A stretch of DNA of 64,000 nucleotides, taken from the NCBI GenBank assembly GCA_000004695.1, contig CM000150.2:3936001-4000000 (forward strand), read 5' to 3'. Source of the stretch: Dictyostelium discoideum (Eukaryota). The notes under the pieces are model-generated. The model saw nothing but the letters and a program-made list of their open reading frames with translations, did not search any database and was not told the origin of the DNA. A program made the position numbers and the translations under genes. The first letter of the stretch is position 1, and each line of letters begins with the position of its first letter. Positions 13,547 to 27,576 of the stretch are shown here, one piece after another.

Positions 13547-13671
13547 CATCATCATTATTTTAAAATTAATAACAACCTAATACTAATATTTAAATTTTAA
13601 ATATAAAAATAAATCATCCCTAAATAATATTTTTTTTCTATATAAATAAAAAAAAAAAAGAAATTTAAAAA

Positions 13672-13875
13672 ATGACCAGAGAAGAAAATGTTTATATGGC
13701 TAAATTAGCTGAACAAGCTGAAAGATATGAAGGTAAATAAGATAATATTTTTAATTACTTTTTTTTTTTTTTTTTTTCTCTCTAAATATTAAAAAAGAGA
13801 AAAAAAAAAAAAAAAAAAAAAAAAAAATTAAAGTGAAGTGAACCTCATTACTAATATTTTTTTTTTTTTTTCTCT

Positions 13876-13906
<31 letters not shown>

Positions 13907-14633
13907 ATTATTATTATTTTTTAAAATATTTTTAGAAATGGTCGAAGCAATGAAAAAAGTTGCTGAATTAGATGTTGAATTAACTGTTGAAGAACGTAAT
14001 CTTTTATCAGTTGCTTATAAAAATGTTATTGGTGCTCGTCGTGCCTCATGGAGAATCATCTCATCAATTGAACAAAAAGAAGAATCCAAAGGTAATGAAA
14101 ACCACGTTAAAAAGATCAAAGAATACAAATGTAAAGTCGAAAAGGAACTTACCGACATTTGTAATGATATCCTCGAAGTTTTAGAATCTCACTTAATCGT
14201 TTCATCAGCCTCTGGTGAATCAAAAGTTTTCTACTACAAAATGAAAGGTGATTACTTCCGTTATTTAGCTGAATTCGCCACCGGTAACCCACGTAAAACT
14301 TCCGCTGAATCATCATTAATTGCCTACAAAGCTGCCTCTGATATCGCTGTCACTGAATTACCACCAACCCACCCAATCCGTTTAGGTCTTGCATTAAACT
14401 TTTCAGTTTTCTACTATGAAATCTTAAACTCCCCAGACAGAGCTTGCAACTTAGCCAAGACTGCATTCGATGATGCCATTGCCGAATTAGATACCCTCTC
14501 TGAAGATTCATACAAAGATTCAACTCTCATTATGCAATTATTACGTGATAATCTTACTTTATGGACCTCTGACGTTCATAATATGGAAAAAAATCAAGAT
14601 GGTGACGACGATCAAAATGAACCAGGAATGTAA
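13672..14633 (+). CDS. fttB: 14-3-3 protein, about 252 aa. Exons 13672..13732 and 13936..14633.
   Basis: Exon 1 [20 protein letters not shown] + G|gtaaataag. Intron 13733..13935 ends tatttttag. Exon 2 (E)[49 protein letters not shown]...[21 protein letters not shown]... These are canonical 14-3-3 signature blocks ([20 protein letters not shown]; [21 protein letters not shown]). Confidence 0.85.
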
Positions 14634-15253
14634 ATAAATTAAAAAAATCAAATAATAATTTTTTAAACAAACCAAAAAAAAAAAAAACCAAAAAAAAAAA
14701 AAAACAAATGTAAAGTTAAATTAATATATACACACTAAGAAAAGAAAAAAAAAATAAGAAAAAAAAAAAGAAAAAAACAAAACTTTTTAAAAAAAAAAAT
14801 AAAAAAAAATAAAAAATTTTAAAAAAAAAAAAAAAAACACTTAACCCTTTTAGCTTTATTCTTTTTTTGATTTAAATAATATTAACAATAAATAAAAAAA
14901 AAAATTTTAAAACAAAAAATCAAAAACAATTTTTCTATTTTTGTGGTAACTTTTTTTTTTTATTTTTTTTATTCTATTTTTGGGTTTGATCGCCGAATCT
15001 CCTATTTAAATTCTTTTTTTTTTATTTTTATTTTTCGTTTTTGGTTAAATCTTAAAACAACACAAAATAAACTCACACTAACATCTAGCAAAACTAAAAA
15101 GATTATAAACAGACCTATTTTATCTTGAGTTATATAAAATCTTGCCAACTCCAAGCCAAAATTCCATCCCATTTAAAGAAATTAAAAAGAATAAATGTAT
15201 TAAAGGAAAAGGTCTTGAGGATATCAAAAGCACCAATCTTCATCTACAAATCA

Positions 15254-15309
15254 CAGGTAGAAACAGAAGGCCATTTGTTCACAGGTAGAAACAGAAGGCC
15301 ATTTGTTCA
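15254..15309. repeat. Perfect tandem duplication of a 28-bp unit (ACAGGTAGAAACAGAAGGCCATTTGTTC x2) inside a GC-richer noncoding island.
   Basis: Seen directly at 15254-15281 and 15282-15309. Confidence 0.85.
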
Positions 15310-15902
15310 TACTATACCAACCGACGATCGACTTGCTCATATAAGGCTATTAGACGTTTGACAGCCATGGGAAAAAAACTCTTAATTTTTTAAAAAAAAA
15401 TACTTCAAACTACTCTTTATTTTTATAGACCCATTCACAACAAATTCAAAATGTGGGACTTTGTTAAAAGTGAGAATTTTTATAAGGAAAAAAAAAATTT
15501 TGCTTTTATGCCTATGTTTTAAACAATTAAAACCAGTTTATTCCAAAATAAAATTAAAAATAAATATTTAAGAGTCTTTTTAAATTGTGTGTATTTTGTT
15601 AAAATAAAAAAATAAAAAAAAAATTAATCCAAACCCACAAAATTTTATTTTTCTTTTTTTAAAAAAATGCCATAATTTGTTGTGATAGTTGATAAAATAA
15701 ATTTTAAAAAAAAAAAACCAAATCAAAATTCAAAATTAAAAAATGACTTATACTAAACCCTTCACCAAGAGTAAAAATCCAAAAATATAATTAGGACAAA
15801 CATCTCAAAGAGAAGGAACAAAAAATGCATTATCCAATTCCAGTTTTTTTTAAAAAAAAAAAAAATGCCAAAAATTTTGTGTGTGGATAAAAATAGAATA
15901 TG

Positions 15903-16028
15903 AAAATCATTCAAGTTTGTGCACTTTTTAAAATTTGAAAATTGTCAATATTATTTTTATTCTATTGGATCCCCATATAAAATATTTATAATTACAAAAA
16001 AGTGCGCAAACTTGGATGATTCTTACAA
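15903..16028. repeat. About 125-bp element bounded by 25-bp imperfect terminal inverted repeats (MITE-like).
   Basis: The left arm aatcattcaagtttgtgcacttttt (about 15905-15929) matches the reverse complement of the right arm aaaaagtgcgcaaacttggatgatt (about 15999-16023) at 23 of 25 positions. The 70-bp AT-rich core has no coding potential. Confidence 0.4.
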
Positions 16029-16195
16029 TAATTTAAATAAAATTTCATCCTGAATAAAGAAAAATGAAATAATTACTTATTTAAAAAAAAATAAAATCCT
16101 TTTTCTTTTTATTAAATTTATATTTTATTTTTTTTTTTATTTTTTTTTTGTTTTTTTTTTTTATTTATTTTTATATTAAATTAAGAATTAAAAGA

Positions 16196-17505
16196 TTAAT
16201 GAGCATATGGTTGAGCTCTACGAGAATTTGTATTAATTGATTTAGTACCAGTGTAACTTGTATCTTTTCTTTCAGCGGTTTGAATAACATTTGATCTTTT
16301 CTTGGTGGCTTTTTCGAATCTATTACGTTGACGAAGATGTGGAGTTCTATTTTCTCTACTACGTTGTCTAGTGAGACCTCTATTCTTTTCAATGCTCTTA
16401 CTGACTTTTCTTTTATCACCTTCTTTATGAGAGAAATCTTTAGAGGTATCAAAATTATTTGTACGTGGAATACCATCGTATTGTGGTTCTTGAGATTTGT
16501 TGTTGTTGTTGAAACTATCAATATCGTCATCTGATTCACCACCACTTTCAACTTCATCATCTCTGGAACGATTGAAATCTCTTTTATTTTGTTTTTCTGG
16601 TAATGGTATATCTTCATCTGCTGAACGAGCACGTTTATTTCTACCCAATTCATTATTTAAAATTGATGCCATTCTCTTCTTTCTCAAGTAGTCTTGATTC
16701 TCTTTTGCTTCTTTATCATCTTCATTCTCCATGAGTGAAGTGAGATCACTAAAATCTGCCAAGTCATTAAGACCATCTGATAATTTCTTTTGTTTAGATT
16801 TCATTGCTTTTTGTTCTTTCTTTGATAACATAACACGAGTGTAATTTGATTCTTCATAGTTTTTAAGTGCTCTTTCATCATCCTCTTCATCATCACCATG
16901 ATATCTGCTACTGCTACCACCACCGCTACCATCTAAATAATCATCTTCTTCCTCTGGTTTATCACCATAGATTTCTTCAATTTCTTTAGCCATTTTACCT
17001 TTAATTGATTTTTGTTTATCACGAATTTCTTTAGATTTCTTTTTAGCGATGGCATCTTCTTGATCAATGACACCACCTTTGGCACCATATAATTTTGGTG
17101 CTTGATAAACACCTGCTCTTTGAGCAATTCTACTATTTTCATCATCATAATCATTATCTAAACCTTGTTCATCATCTTCATCTTCATCATCATCACCACC
17201 CATTGATGATAAATTTGGTCTATGTTGTAATGGATCATCTTTTGATGAACCTACTAATGTACCAGTATTTGCACTCTTTAGCAATTTATCAATTTGATAT
17301 TTTAATTTCTTATCTAATGGTTGAATCTTTTCAATCATTGTTCTACATTTTATTAATTGATCAATAACTGGATGATCTTTAATTGAAACACCTGATGATT
17401 TTAACATTAAAAAATATGTAATATTTAAACAATAACTTAATAATAATTCTAAAATAAATAAAAAAATAAAAAAAAAAATTAGTTTTTAGTTTTTTAGTTT
17501 TTTTA

Positions 17506-17568
<63 letters not shown>

Positions 17569-18580
17569 AAATAAATTTATTATTATACATACGATATTTT
17601 GTTTCTAAAAAACTAATACCCTTTGAAGTTGGTAATTGATTTGATTTTACTTTTTCAAGTGCTGGTAAAATTGATGTTTTAACTTCATTCATTTTAACTT
17701 TAAAATCTTCTAATAAATCTAAAAGTAATGGTGATTCTGTAATGAGATATTGTAATTTCTCTTTCTTTGTAAAATTTGAAATATCTTTTTCTAATTTTTC
17801 AATTTGAGAACTATTATTATTAAATAAAAATAAAAAATATAAAATAAAAAAAATAAAAAATTAGTTAGTGTTTGAGATTTGAAAATTGAAATTTTGAATA
17901 TATTGAATATTTTTGAAAATTTACTTTTTATCACCAAAATTAATTGAATTTAAATCAGAATTTAAAGATTGTAACATTTTTTCTTCAGGTTTTAAAATTG
18001 ATTTATCTTTATTTTTCTTATTTAATAAATTTTTAAAAGATTGATCATCATCTTGGAAATCGTCATTTTTAATTAACTTATTTCTATGTTCTTGTAATTG
18101 TTGAGCTTCTAATTCTTCTTCATCTTCATCTTCTGATCCGATATCTTTTGAATCGGTTTTCTTTGAATAAAAAAGTTTTTTATCTTTACCCCATGCTGTT
18201 TTATTCTCTAAATCTAAATCTTTGGCTTTTGTTTTCTTTTCAACAATTTCGTCATCTGATTCTGATCCAATACCATCTTCATAATCATCTTCTTCTTCAC
18301 TTTCAAAATCTTCAGCTTCCTCTTCTGAGAAATCTAATCCGATATCAACCTTTTCTGCTATTTTGCTTTTATTATTATGTTTTCCTTTAATAGTTGATAA
18401 ATCAACTTTGTTCTTTTTTTGAATAACTAAATAATAATAAATAATGTTAATTTATATTTAAAAGGTATATTAAAGATAAAAATACTTACAACTATCTACA
18501 TCAGATTTACCATATAGTTTATCAACTGATAGTGGTTTTTTATTTATTGGTAATGAACCTTTTTTATTGTTTTTTGACAT
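16196..18580 (-). CDS. Sas10/Utp3 (SSU processome component), about 687 aa. Exons 18580..18490, 18426..17925, 17810..17593, 17448..16196.
   Basis: Splice phases are consistent: E1 ...DVDS T|gtaagt; E2 ...GDK AA|gtaaat; E3 ...ETKY R(C)|gtatgt; E4 starts after tatttattttag. The junction-spanning sequence QLLLSYCLNITYFLMLKSSGVSIKDHPVIDQLIKCRTMIEKIQPLDKKLKYQIDKLLK is the Sas10/C1D-family domain (compare recalled human UTP3 LLLSYCLNLSFYLLLRAEGASVKDHPVI...KKLQYQIEKLL). The C-terminus RNRTPHLRQRNRFEKATKKR matches the Sas10 C-terminal domain. There are long acidic (D/E) stretches. Intron 3 (17592..17449) carries (AAAT)n. Confidence 0.65.
17506..17578. repeat. (AAAT)n / (TATT)n tetranucleotide microsatellite inside Sas10 intron 3.
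   Basis: Seen directly. Track ORF 17486..17692 (FIYLFIYL...) is an artefact of reading through this intron. Confidence 0.9.
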
Positions 18581-19133
18581 TTTATTATTTACTCCAAAAA
18601 AACTATTACTAACTTTTTAGGTAAAACAATTGTGAGATTAAAAAAAAAAAAAAAAAATAAAAAAAAAAAAAAGACGAATTTTTTGATTCGTTTTTGTTGG
18701 AAAAAAAAAAAAATTAAAATAAAAATAAAATTAAAAAATAAAAATAAAAATTTTTGCCAAAAAAACGATAATTTATTATTCATTTTTTTTTTATATTTTT
18801 TTTTTTATTTCTTTTTTTTTTAAATTTTTTTTTTTTTTTTATTTTTATTTTTTATTTTATTTTTATTTTTTTTTTATGGTATCCTATTTTGGATAAATTA
18901 GGAAAGTGATTTTAAATTGATTGATATTTCATTTCTTAATTTGTTTTTTTATAAAAATGAGCTAACAAAAAAAAAAAGGTTTTTTTTTTTTTAATTTTTT
19001 TTTAATTTTTTTTTTTTTGAAAATTTTGTGGTTTTTTTTTTTTTTTTTTTTTTTCATATTTATTTTAATTATTTTTATTTGTATTAATTAATTAATTAAT
19101 TAATTTGATATCTTATCCTCTTTTTTGTTTTTC

Positions 19134-19178
<45 letters not shown>

Positions 19179-19287
19179 TGTAATTTCGATATATACAATA
19201 TCAAAAAATAAAATAAAATAACAACTAAATAAAAATAAAATAAAATAAAATAATAATAATAATAATAATAAAATATAAATAAAAAAA

Positions 19288-20544
19288 ATGACAGAAACAA
19301 TAAATTTAAATTTAGATTTGAATGAAGATTTAGATAAAAATGAAAAGATTAATCAAATGCTTCAAAATATATTTCAAAACTTGCAAGAGTTAAAAACAAA
19401 AATGATTGTAAATAAAAGTAAAAATAAAGAGTTATTTCAAGTTGGAACAGAGATTATAAAACAATCTACAACTTCAAATAATAATACACCAATAATAACG
19501 AGCGAAAAACAAGTTGGTCATACACTACCAACTATTGTATCATTAGAAAGCAATAATAATAATAATAATAATAATAGTAATAATAATAGTAATAACAATA
19601 ATAATCAAAATAATGTAAATATAGAAAAAATGGAAAATCAAATTAAAGAACAACAAAATGAAATTACAGAATTAAAAGAAAAATTAAAACAATTTAATTT
19701 AGAAAAGGATAATAAGATTGAAATAAATCAATTATCTACACAAATAGATCAATTACAAAAAGGTATATACACACTCTCAATATATATAGATAAAGTGTTG
19801 AGAAAAATCAAAAAATATATTTATTAATTTATTTATATTTAAAATAAATTAGTTATAATTATTTTAGAAAAGAAAAATAGGACGGCAGAGTCATCTTATT
19901 CAGATATAAAATCATCTTTAGAAACATTAATTGAAAAAGGAAGACTACAAATGGTAATATTATTCATAATTACTTTATCATTACTTTATAATAATTAATT
20001 AATTTATTAAATTTCTTTTTTTCTTTTTTTTTTTTTTTCACAGAAATCACTTTTATATGAAAAATCAAAATCAGAACAATATAGTAAACAATTTGACCAA
20101 GAAAGAGATATAAATACTCAATTAAGAAAAGAGAATTTACATTTAAAATCAAAATTACAAGAAATGTTATTTTTATTACAAAAAGCATCTGAAGAGGATG
20201 AAGAATATTATTTATCCTATTCAAATGAATTATATAAAGAAAACCAATTATTAAGAGAATTATTAGGAATTTCCAAAGAAATGAAAAATATAAAAACTAT
20301 AAATAAAAATGATAACCACAATAATAATAATAATAATAATAGTAATAATAGTGAAAATAAAAGTAATAATTGTAGCAATAGTGTTATTTATAAAGGTAGT
20401 AGTTCCAATAATAATAGTAATAATAATAATGAAAATGGAAATGGAGTTGAAAATAGTGAAAATATTATAGACGAAGAAACAAATAATGGTAATTTAGATA
20501 AAGAAGAGGATTCAATAGTATATAGTAACTTAAATTTAAACTAA
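19288..20544 (+). CDS. Coiled-coil protein, N/Q-rich, unknown function. Provisional exons 19288..19762, 19868..19953, 20044..20544.
   Basis: Track ORFs 19288..19827 and 20164..20544 can be joined. Donor CAA AAA G|gtatatac (phase 1), acceptor attttag at 19867 giving (E)KKNRTAESSYSDIKSSLETLIEKGRLQM|gtaatatt, then acceptor ttttttttcacag at 20043 giving KSLLYEKSKSEQYSKQFDQERDINTQLRKENLHLKSKLQEMLFLLQKASEEDEEYY... with heptad-like periodicity. No recognisable domain. Confidence 0.35.
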
Positions 20545-20779
20545 TAAATGAATAATAAAAAAAAAAAAAACAAAAAAAAAAAAATCAAGAAATAAAAAAA
20601 ACTTTATTTATAAAATAATTTTAAATTTTAATCATTCTTTATTTTTTCTGTGTTTCGTTAATATTTTCTTTGATTTTTTTTGATATTTTTTTTTTGATTC
20701 AGTGAAAAAAAAAACAATTAAATAAATTTATTTTTTTTTTATTTTTTATTAATAGCTTGAAAATTTGGAATTGCCAACT

Positions 20780-20827
<48 letters not shown>

Positions 20828-20915
20828 CATAAATAATTAATCATAAATAAATAAATAAAATTTAATATATATATATATATATATATATAAATATATACAT
20901 ACATATATATATAAA

Positions 20916-21791
20916 ATGACAGATAAAATTAATGGAGAGATTGAAATACCATATAGTTTATTTAAATCAATAGAATTAGGATCAGAGAAAAATATTCCAT
21001 TGAAATATTTAATATCACATGCAAATTATAGTTGTATTTGTAAAGATAGTTTTGTATCAGTTGAATGTGAATATCAAATTAGAGTATTTGATCATATTGA
21101 AAGAAATAAAAATTTATCATCAGTTGTTAAAGGTGGAAACGAAGGACATAAAGAATCAATTCAATTAGTTTCACAAAAAGCAACCATTTTAAATAGTACA
21201 ATTAAATATTTAAAAAATAGTCATGGTGGTAGTGGTGGTGATAATAGTGATGCAATAATTTTAACATCAGGTACACATTATTATTTACATACTGGTACAG
21301 CTGGTAGATATAGTGTAAAATTGGAATTGTCAGTACCCTATTTAACAGTGAAAGAAGCTGGTATGGATTTATCAATTCCACAATGTTCAAATAATTCAGT
21401 GTTCTTCCGAGTGCCACATGTTGATGCAAATATTAAAATTTTCAATTCATTCCTTGATACACAATCTTTATTGAATTGGTCAGAAAGAAATGGTAAAGAG
21501 TCAAATAATTATACAGTTACATTTGTAAAACTTGCAAATGAATTATCACTTAAAGCACAATGGACAATTAATGAAGATTTCATTTCAAATAAAATATCTT
21601 TAAAAAATACTGATGAAAATAATAATAACAACAACAATCAAATTGCACAACCAAAAGTTGTAGTTAAACCAAATGTTATAGTTTCACAAAATATACTTTG
21701 TTCAATTGGTGAAGGTTTATTATTATTAAAATATAAAATTGATTATAAAGTAAGTTTTAATTGTGAATTTAAAATTAAAATTAAAATGTTA

Positions 21792-21844
<53 letters not shown>

Positions 21845-23123
21845 TGATAAATAGATTATTGCAGGTACATTATCATCATTTAATATTGAAATTGAAGATA
21901 ATGTTAATATTATAAGTGTTAATGGTAAAGCAATTAAAAGATGGGAAGTTGTTGAATTGGAGAGAATTGAATCACCAAAACATAAAAGAGTGATACAAAT
22001 TCAATTAGATTATGGATTTGATACAAATTATAGTATTGACATTAATGGTGAATATTCAATGAAGGATACAAGTGGTGAATTGAATATACCATCAATGATT
22101 TGTAAAGGTGATGAAATTTCAAGACAACGTGGTTTTCTTGGTGTTGAAGCACGTACCAATGTTGAGATTTCAGATATTGGTAATGATGTACTAAGTGTAG
22201 TTGATGTTAGAGAATTACCAATTGAATTATGTAAAATGGCAAATCATCCAATTCTCCTAAGTTATAAATTCTTGGAACCACATTTCCAGCTAAAATTAAG
22301 AGTTAAAAGAAATTTAGATTGTGCTGTACTCGTATCGATCGTTGAGGAAATGAGTTGGGTAACAACAGTGAGTTATAGTGGAAAAATGATCCACCAAATG
22401 ATTTTAAATATTAAAAATACTCAAAAACAATTCCTAAAGGTTCAAATTGGATTCGGATACGAGGTTTGGTCTTGTATGATGGATGGTGATCCTTGTAAAC
22501 CTTCAATCATTGAGAACGATGGTGCTTTATTAATCCCAATTTTAAAACCCGGTGTTTTCGACCAAAATACTCCAATCAAGATTGAAATCGTTATTTTACA
22601 AGAGGAACTCCATAAATTCAATGAGAAAACACGTAAAGGTAAATTCAATTTCATAATTCCAAAGATTGATTTGCCATTAAGAGCTTGTTTCGCTACAGTT
22701 TATTTACCACAAGGTACTGTGGCTTCAAATTTTAATGGTGTTCTTAAACAAGTTTCTTACTTTTCTTCGACTCCACCTTCAGCTTCTCAACCAACTTCAA
22801 ATAATAATAATAATAATATTAATATATATGGTGCACCTGGTATTCGTTCACGTGGATTTGGAAATAGAAATGATAGTGTTTGTGATTTAGCTGAATATCA
22901 AGAGAAAGCCAAAGCTTCATCATTTATGAGCGTTAAAAAAAGTAGTGCTTATGGTGGTAGAGGTGGTGGTGGTGGTAATAAAAGAATAGGTGTTGTTCCA
23001 GTTTTCGTTGATATTCCAAAAACAATTCATTCTTATTGTTTTGAACAAATTTTATTATCTGGTGATAAAGATTTATCATTTGGTTTTGATTATAAATCTT
23101 TAAAACAAAAAGCTAGAAGATAA
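20916..23123 (+). CDS. Conserved hypothetical protein, about 700 aa, beta-rich, family unassigned. Exons 20916..21749 and 21855..23123.
   Basis: ORF 1 ends GAT TAT AAA|gtaagtttt (phase 0). The 105-nt intron contains a (T)36 run and ends aaatgataaatag. Exon 2 IIAGTLSSFNIEIEDNVNIISVNGKAIKRWEVVELERIESPKHKR... is in frame with track ORF 21957..23123. No ATP-binding or catalytic motif recognised. It might belong to the DUF4139/DUF4140-type beta-sandwich proteins, which is a guess. Confidence 0.45.
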
Positions 23124-23910
23124 ATTCTCAATCATTTTCTAAATTTATTTTTATTATTATTAAGGTCAAAATTATTTTATAATATATTATGTTTTATAAA
23201 AAAAAAATAAAAAAAAAAATAAAAATTAAATAAAATATGGTACTAATTTGGTAGTATACAAATAAATTTTTAATTATAATTTTTAATTTATTTATTATTT
23301 TTTTTTTATTTGTGGGTGGGTGTGAGTTTTTGTTGTTGGTGGTGGTTGAAGGAGAAGGTTTTATATTGAGAAAATTCAAGTTTTTTTTTTCGATGAGATA
23401 CACTTTATAAAGAGATTTAATGACCACATACTAGTGTTTGATGGCATTATTTTCTCTCAAGCTCATTGTTTTTTTACAACTAGCAAGATATATAATAATA
23501 AATTATCAAATTCCACTAAAAATAATTAATTTTTTGGAGTTTCCCACCCAATATGATGAACATAAAAATTAAGTTGTGTGTGTTTGTGTGTTTGTGTGTG
23601 TTTTAGTGGTAAATTATAAATAAATTATACAATTTAATAAATAATTATATGATAATAGCATTCAATTTTTTTTTTTTCTTTTTTTTTTTTTTTTCCCTTT
23701 TTTTGTTTTTTTCTTTTTTTTTTTTATTTTTTTTTTATTAATTATTAATTTTTTTTTTATCATTTCTATTCATTTTCCTTTTATTATTGTTCAATAAATA
23801 AAATTTTAATATATTCAATCATAAATATTTTTGAATATTATTATTTTTTTTTTTAAGAAAATTATTATTATTAAAAAAAAAAATTATTAAATTTTTTATA
23901 AATATAATAA

Positions 23911-23943
<33 letters not shown>

Positions 23944-23993
23944 AATACTAATAATATTAGTATAAATAATAATAATAATAATTTTTAAAATTT

Positions 23994-24026
<33 letters not shown>

Positions 24027-24031
24027 TAAAA

Positions 24032-25552
24032 ATGGGAATTAATGATAATGGAATTTATGGTTCTTTAAAAGGAAATTCAACGACTGGAGGTATTTATAAA
24101 ATGGGTGATCATAATACTGGATATGGTGAAAAAAATAATCAAAATAATAATAATAAATCAGGAGGTAAAACCATAGTTAATGGTGTTATTGTAAATTCAA
24201 ATCAACAAAAATTAAAAGGTGATGAAAATGAATTTGATCATTCTCAAGATGATAATGCAGATGAATTTAATAAATTTCCAAAAAAAGTAAAATATAATGA
24301 TTTATTATATTCAGTATTGTTTGCCATTCAAATGGTATTGTTTATTACAATGACAGTGATTGCCGGAACAAAACATCCAAATAAAAAAGAATTTGTTGAA
24401 TATTCATTACAAGGATTATTAATTATTGCAATTTCAATACCATTAATTTTGGCATTCTTTTTAATTTGGAAAAAGATTTTTAAAATCCATCCAACAAATA
24501 TGATTAAAACTAGTTTTTTTTCATTGATGATTACTGGTATTTTATTTATTGGATTGTTAATTGGCAATGGTTGGTACTCATGGGCAATTGTATTTGGCAT
24601 AACTTTAATTTCTTTAATATTCTTTTATTTTGCATTTAGGGATAAAATTCCATTCGTTGGAATAATAATATCATTGGTTTTAAAAATCATTGAAAAGTAT
24701 CCATCAACCTTGTTGGTTAGTTTCGTTTGTTTAATAATTTCTTGTGTTTATTATAATATTTGGCTATTTTCAGTAAGTTATAATTTCTATTATGATAGTT
24801 ATTGGACTGCCTGGAGTTATATGAAATTCATGTTCCTAGTATTCAATCTTTACTGGACACATTATGTAATCACCTATACTTGCTATAGTGTTGTATCTGG
24901 GTTGGTTGCAAGTTGGTATTTCTTTGCTGATGAAGATTTCAATGGTATGCCACCAAAACCATGCGCACACTCACTATATCGTTCCATGACTTCTTCATTT
25001 GGTTCAATTGCTTTTGGTTCTTTATTGGTTTGTTTGGTTCAAATGGTGCAATTCATTTGTAGAGGTTTTGCAAGAGTTCCAGGACTTACATCTTTGTTTT
25101 GTAATTGTCTCCAGTTTATTGCATTGATCTTCACAAGAATGTTATATACTTTTAACATTTACACATTCTCTATGGTTTCAATCTATGGTCAATCATTTTG
25201 TAATTCATCAAAGAAAACCTATAATTTAATGGTTAATAATAATGAAAAATTATTTGCAACTCATAATTATATGTTAATTACAATGCTATCAGTTTCTTTA
25301 TCAATGTTTTTAATAATTGGCTTCATTGTTACAATGATTATGGCAACAATTCAATTGGAAAACCAAGGTTGGTTATATGTACAATTGGTAATGTTTTTAT
25401 TCATCCTCTATAAACCATTTGATATTATCTTTAGTTCAGTTTTAACAATTTTAATGTGTTTAATTTCTGATCCAAATGCAATGGAAGTTACAAAACCAAA
25501 TACTTTTATTTTATTAAGTGAAACTTATGATTTTAAATCTTTAAATCCTTAA
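24032..25552 (+). CDS. Choline transporter-like (CTL/SLC44 family) multi-pass membrane protein, 506 aa.
   Basis: Single ORF. About 10 hydrophobic helices. Conserved-looking blocks FNLYWTHYVITYTCYSVVSGLVASWYF and SFGSIAFGSLLVCLVQMVQFI resemble the CTL 'plasma-membrane choline transporter' domain. Cytosolic N-rich N-terminus. Confidence 0.5.
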   Translation: MGINDNGIYGSLKGNSTTGGIYKMGDHNTGYGEKNNQNNNNKSGGKTIVNGVIVNSNQQKLKGDENEFDHSQDDNADEFNKFPKKVKYNDLLYSVLFAIQMVLFITMTVIAGTKHPNKKEFVEYSLQGLLIIAISIPLILAFFLIWKKIFKIHPTNMIKTSFFSLMITGILFIGLLIGNGWYSWAIVFGITLISLIFFYFAFRDKIPFVGIIISLVLKIIEKYPSTLLVSFVCLIISCVYYNIWLFSVSYNFYYDSYWTAWSYMKFMFLVFNLYWTHYVITYTCYSVVSGLVASWYFFADEDFNGMPPKPCAHSLYRSMTSSFGSIAFGSLLVCLVQMVQFICRGFARVPGLTSLFCNCLQFIALIFTRMLYTFNIYTFSMVSIYGQSFCNSSKKTYNLMVNNNEKLFATHNYMLITMLSVSLSMFLIIGFIVTMIMATIQLENQGWLYVQLVMFLFILYKPFDIIFSSVLTILMCLISDPNAMEVTKPNTFILLSETYDFKSLNP

Positions 25553-26022
25553 AAAAAAAAAAAAAAAATTTTAAAATTTTTTTTTTTTTTTTCTTTTTAA
25601 AAAATATATTTTTTTTATTTTAAAAATTAATAAATTATTAAATAAATAAATAAAATGAAATAAAATTAATAAATAAATATTTATTTTTTTTTAAATTTTT
25701 TAAATTTTATTTTTAATTTTTTTTTTTTTTTTTTTAATATTATTACTTTTATTTTTATCTTTGGTAAATTATAAATTGTAATATTTAAAAAAATGATGGT
25801 ATTGAAATCTCTTTATACAAAATAAAAAAATATCAACAAATTAATTTTTCGATATGGTATTGATGTTTAGATGATCATTTGTAAATCCACACTTTTTAAA
25901 TAAAATAAAATAAAAAAATAAAAACTTTTTCGGTTGTTTTTTTTTTTTTTTTTTTTTTTTTTTTCATTTTCAAAATAAAAAACAGACCAAATAACCCACA
26001 TATATATATTCAGATATTAAAA

Positions 26023-27455
<1,433 letters not shown>

Positions 27456-27576
27456 TATTATTTTTATTTTTTAACTTTTTGTATATATAATAAACTACTT
27501 TTTTATTTTTATTTTTATTTTATTTCCTATATTTGTTTACCTTTTTTTTATTATTTAATTTATAGTGTTTATATGT

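Noticed and set aside
14943-15361. Track ORFs 14943..15128 and 15125..15361 as protein-coding genes.
   Set aside because: They have no motif. They overlap a tandem duplication and sit in a region better explained as transposon debris or ncRNA (see findings). They are kept only as a finding, not as CDS.
21750-21854. Using the acceptor gcag at 21864 for the intron of the 20916..23123 gene.
   Set aside because: It gives a phase mismatch with the phase-0 GTAAGT donor at 21750. The upstream acceptor aaatag at 21854 is phase-compatible and keeps the downstream frame open, so it was preferred.
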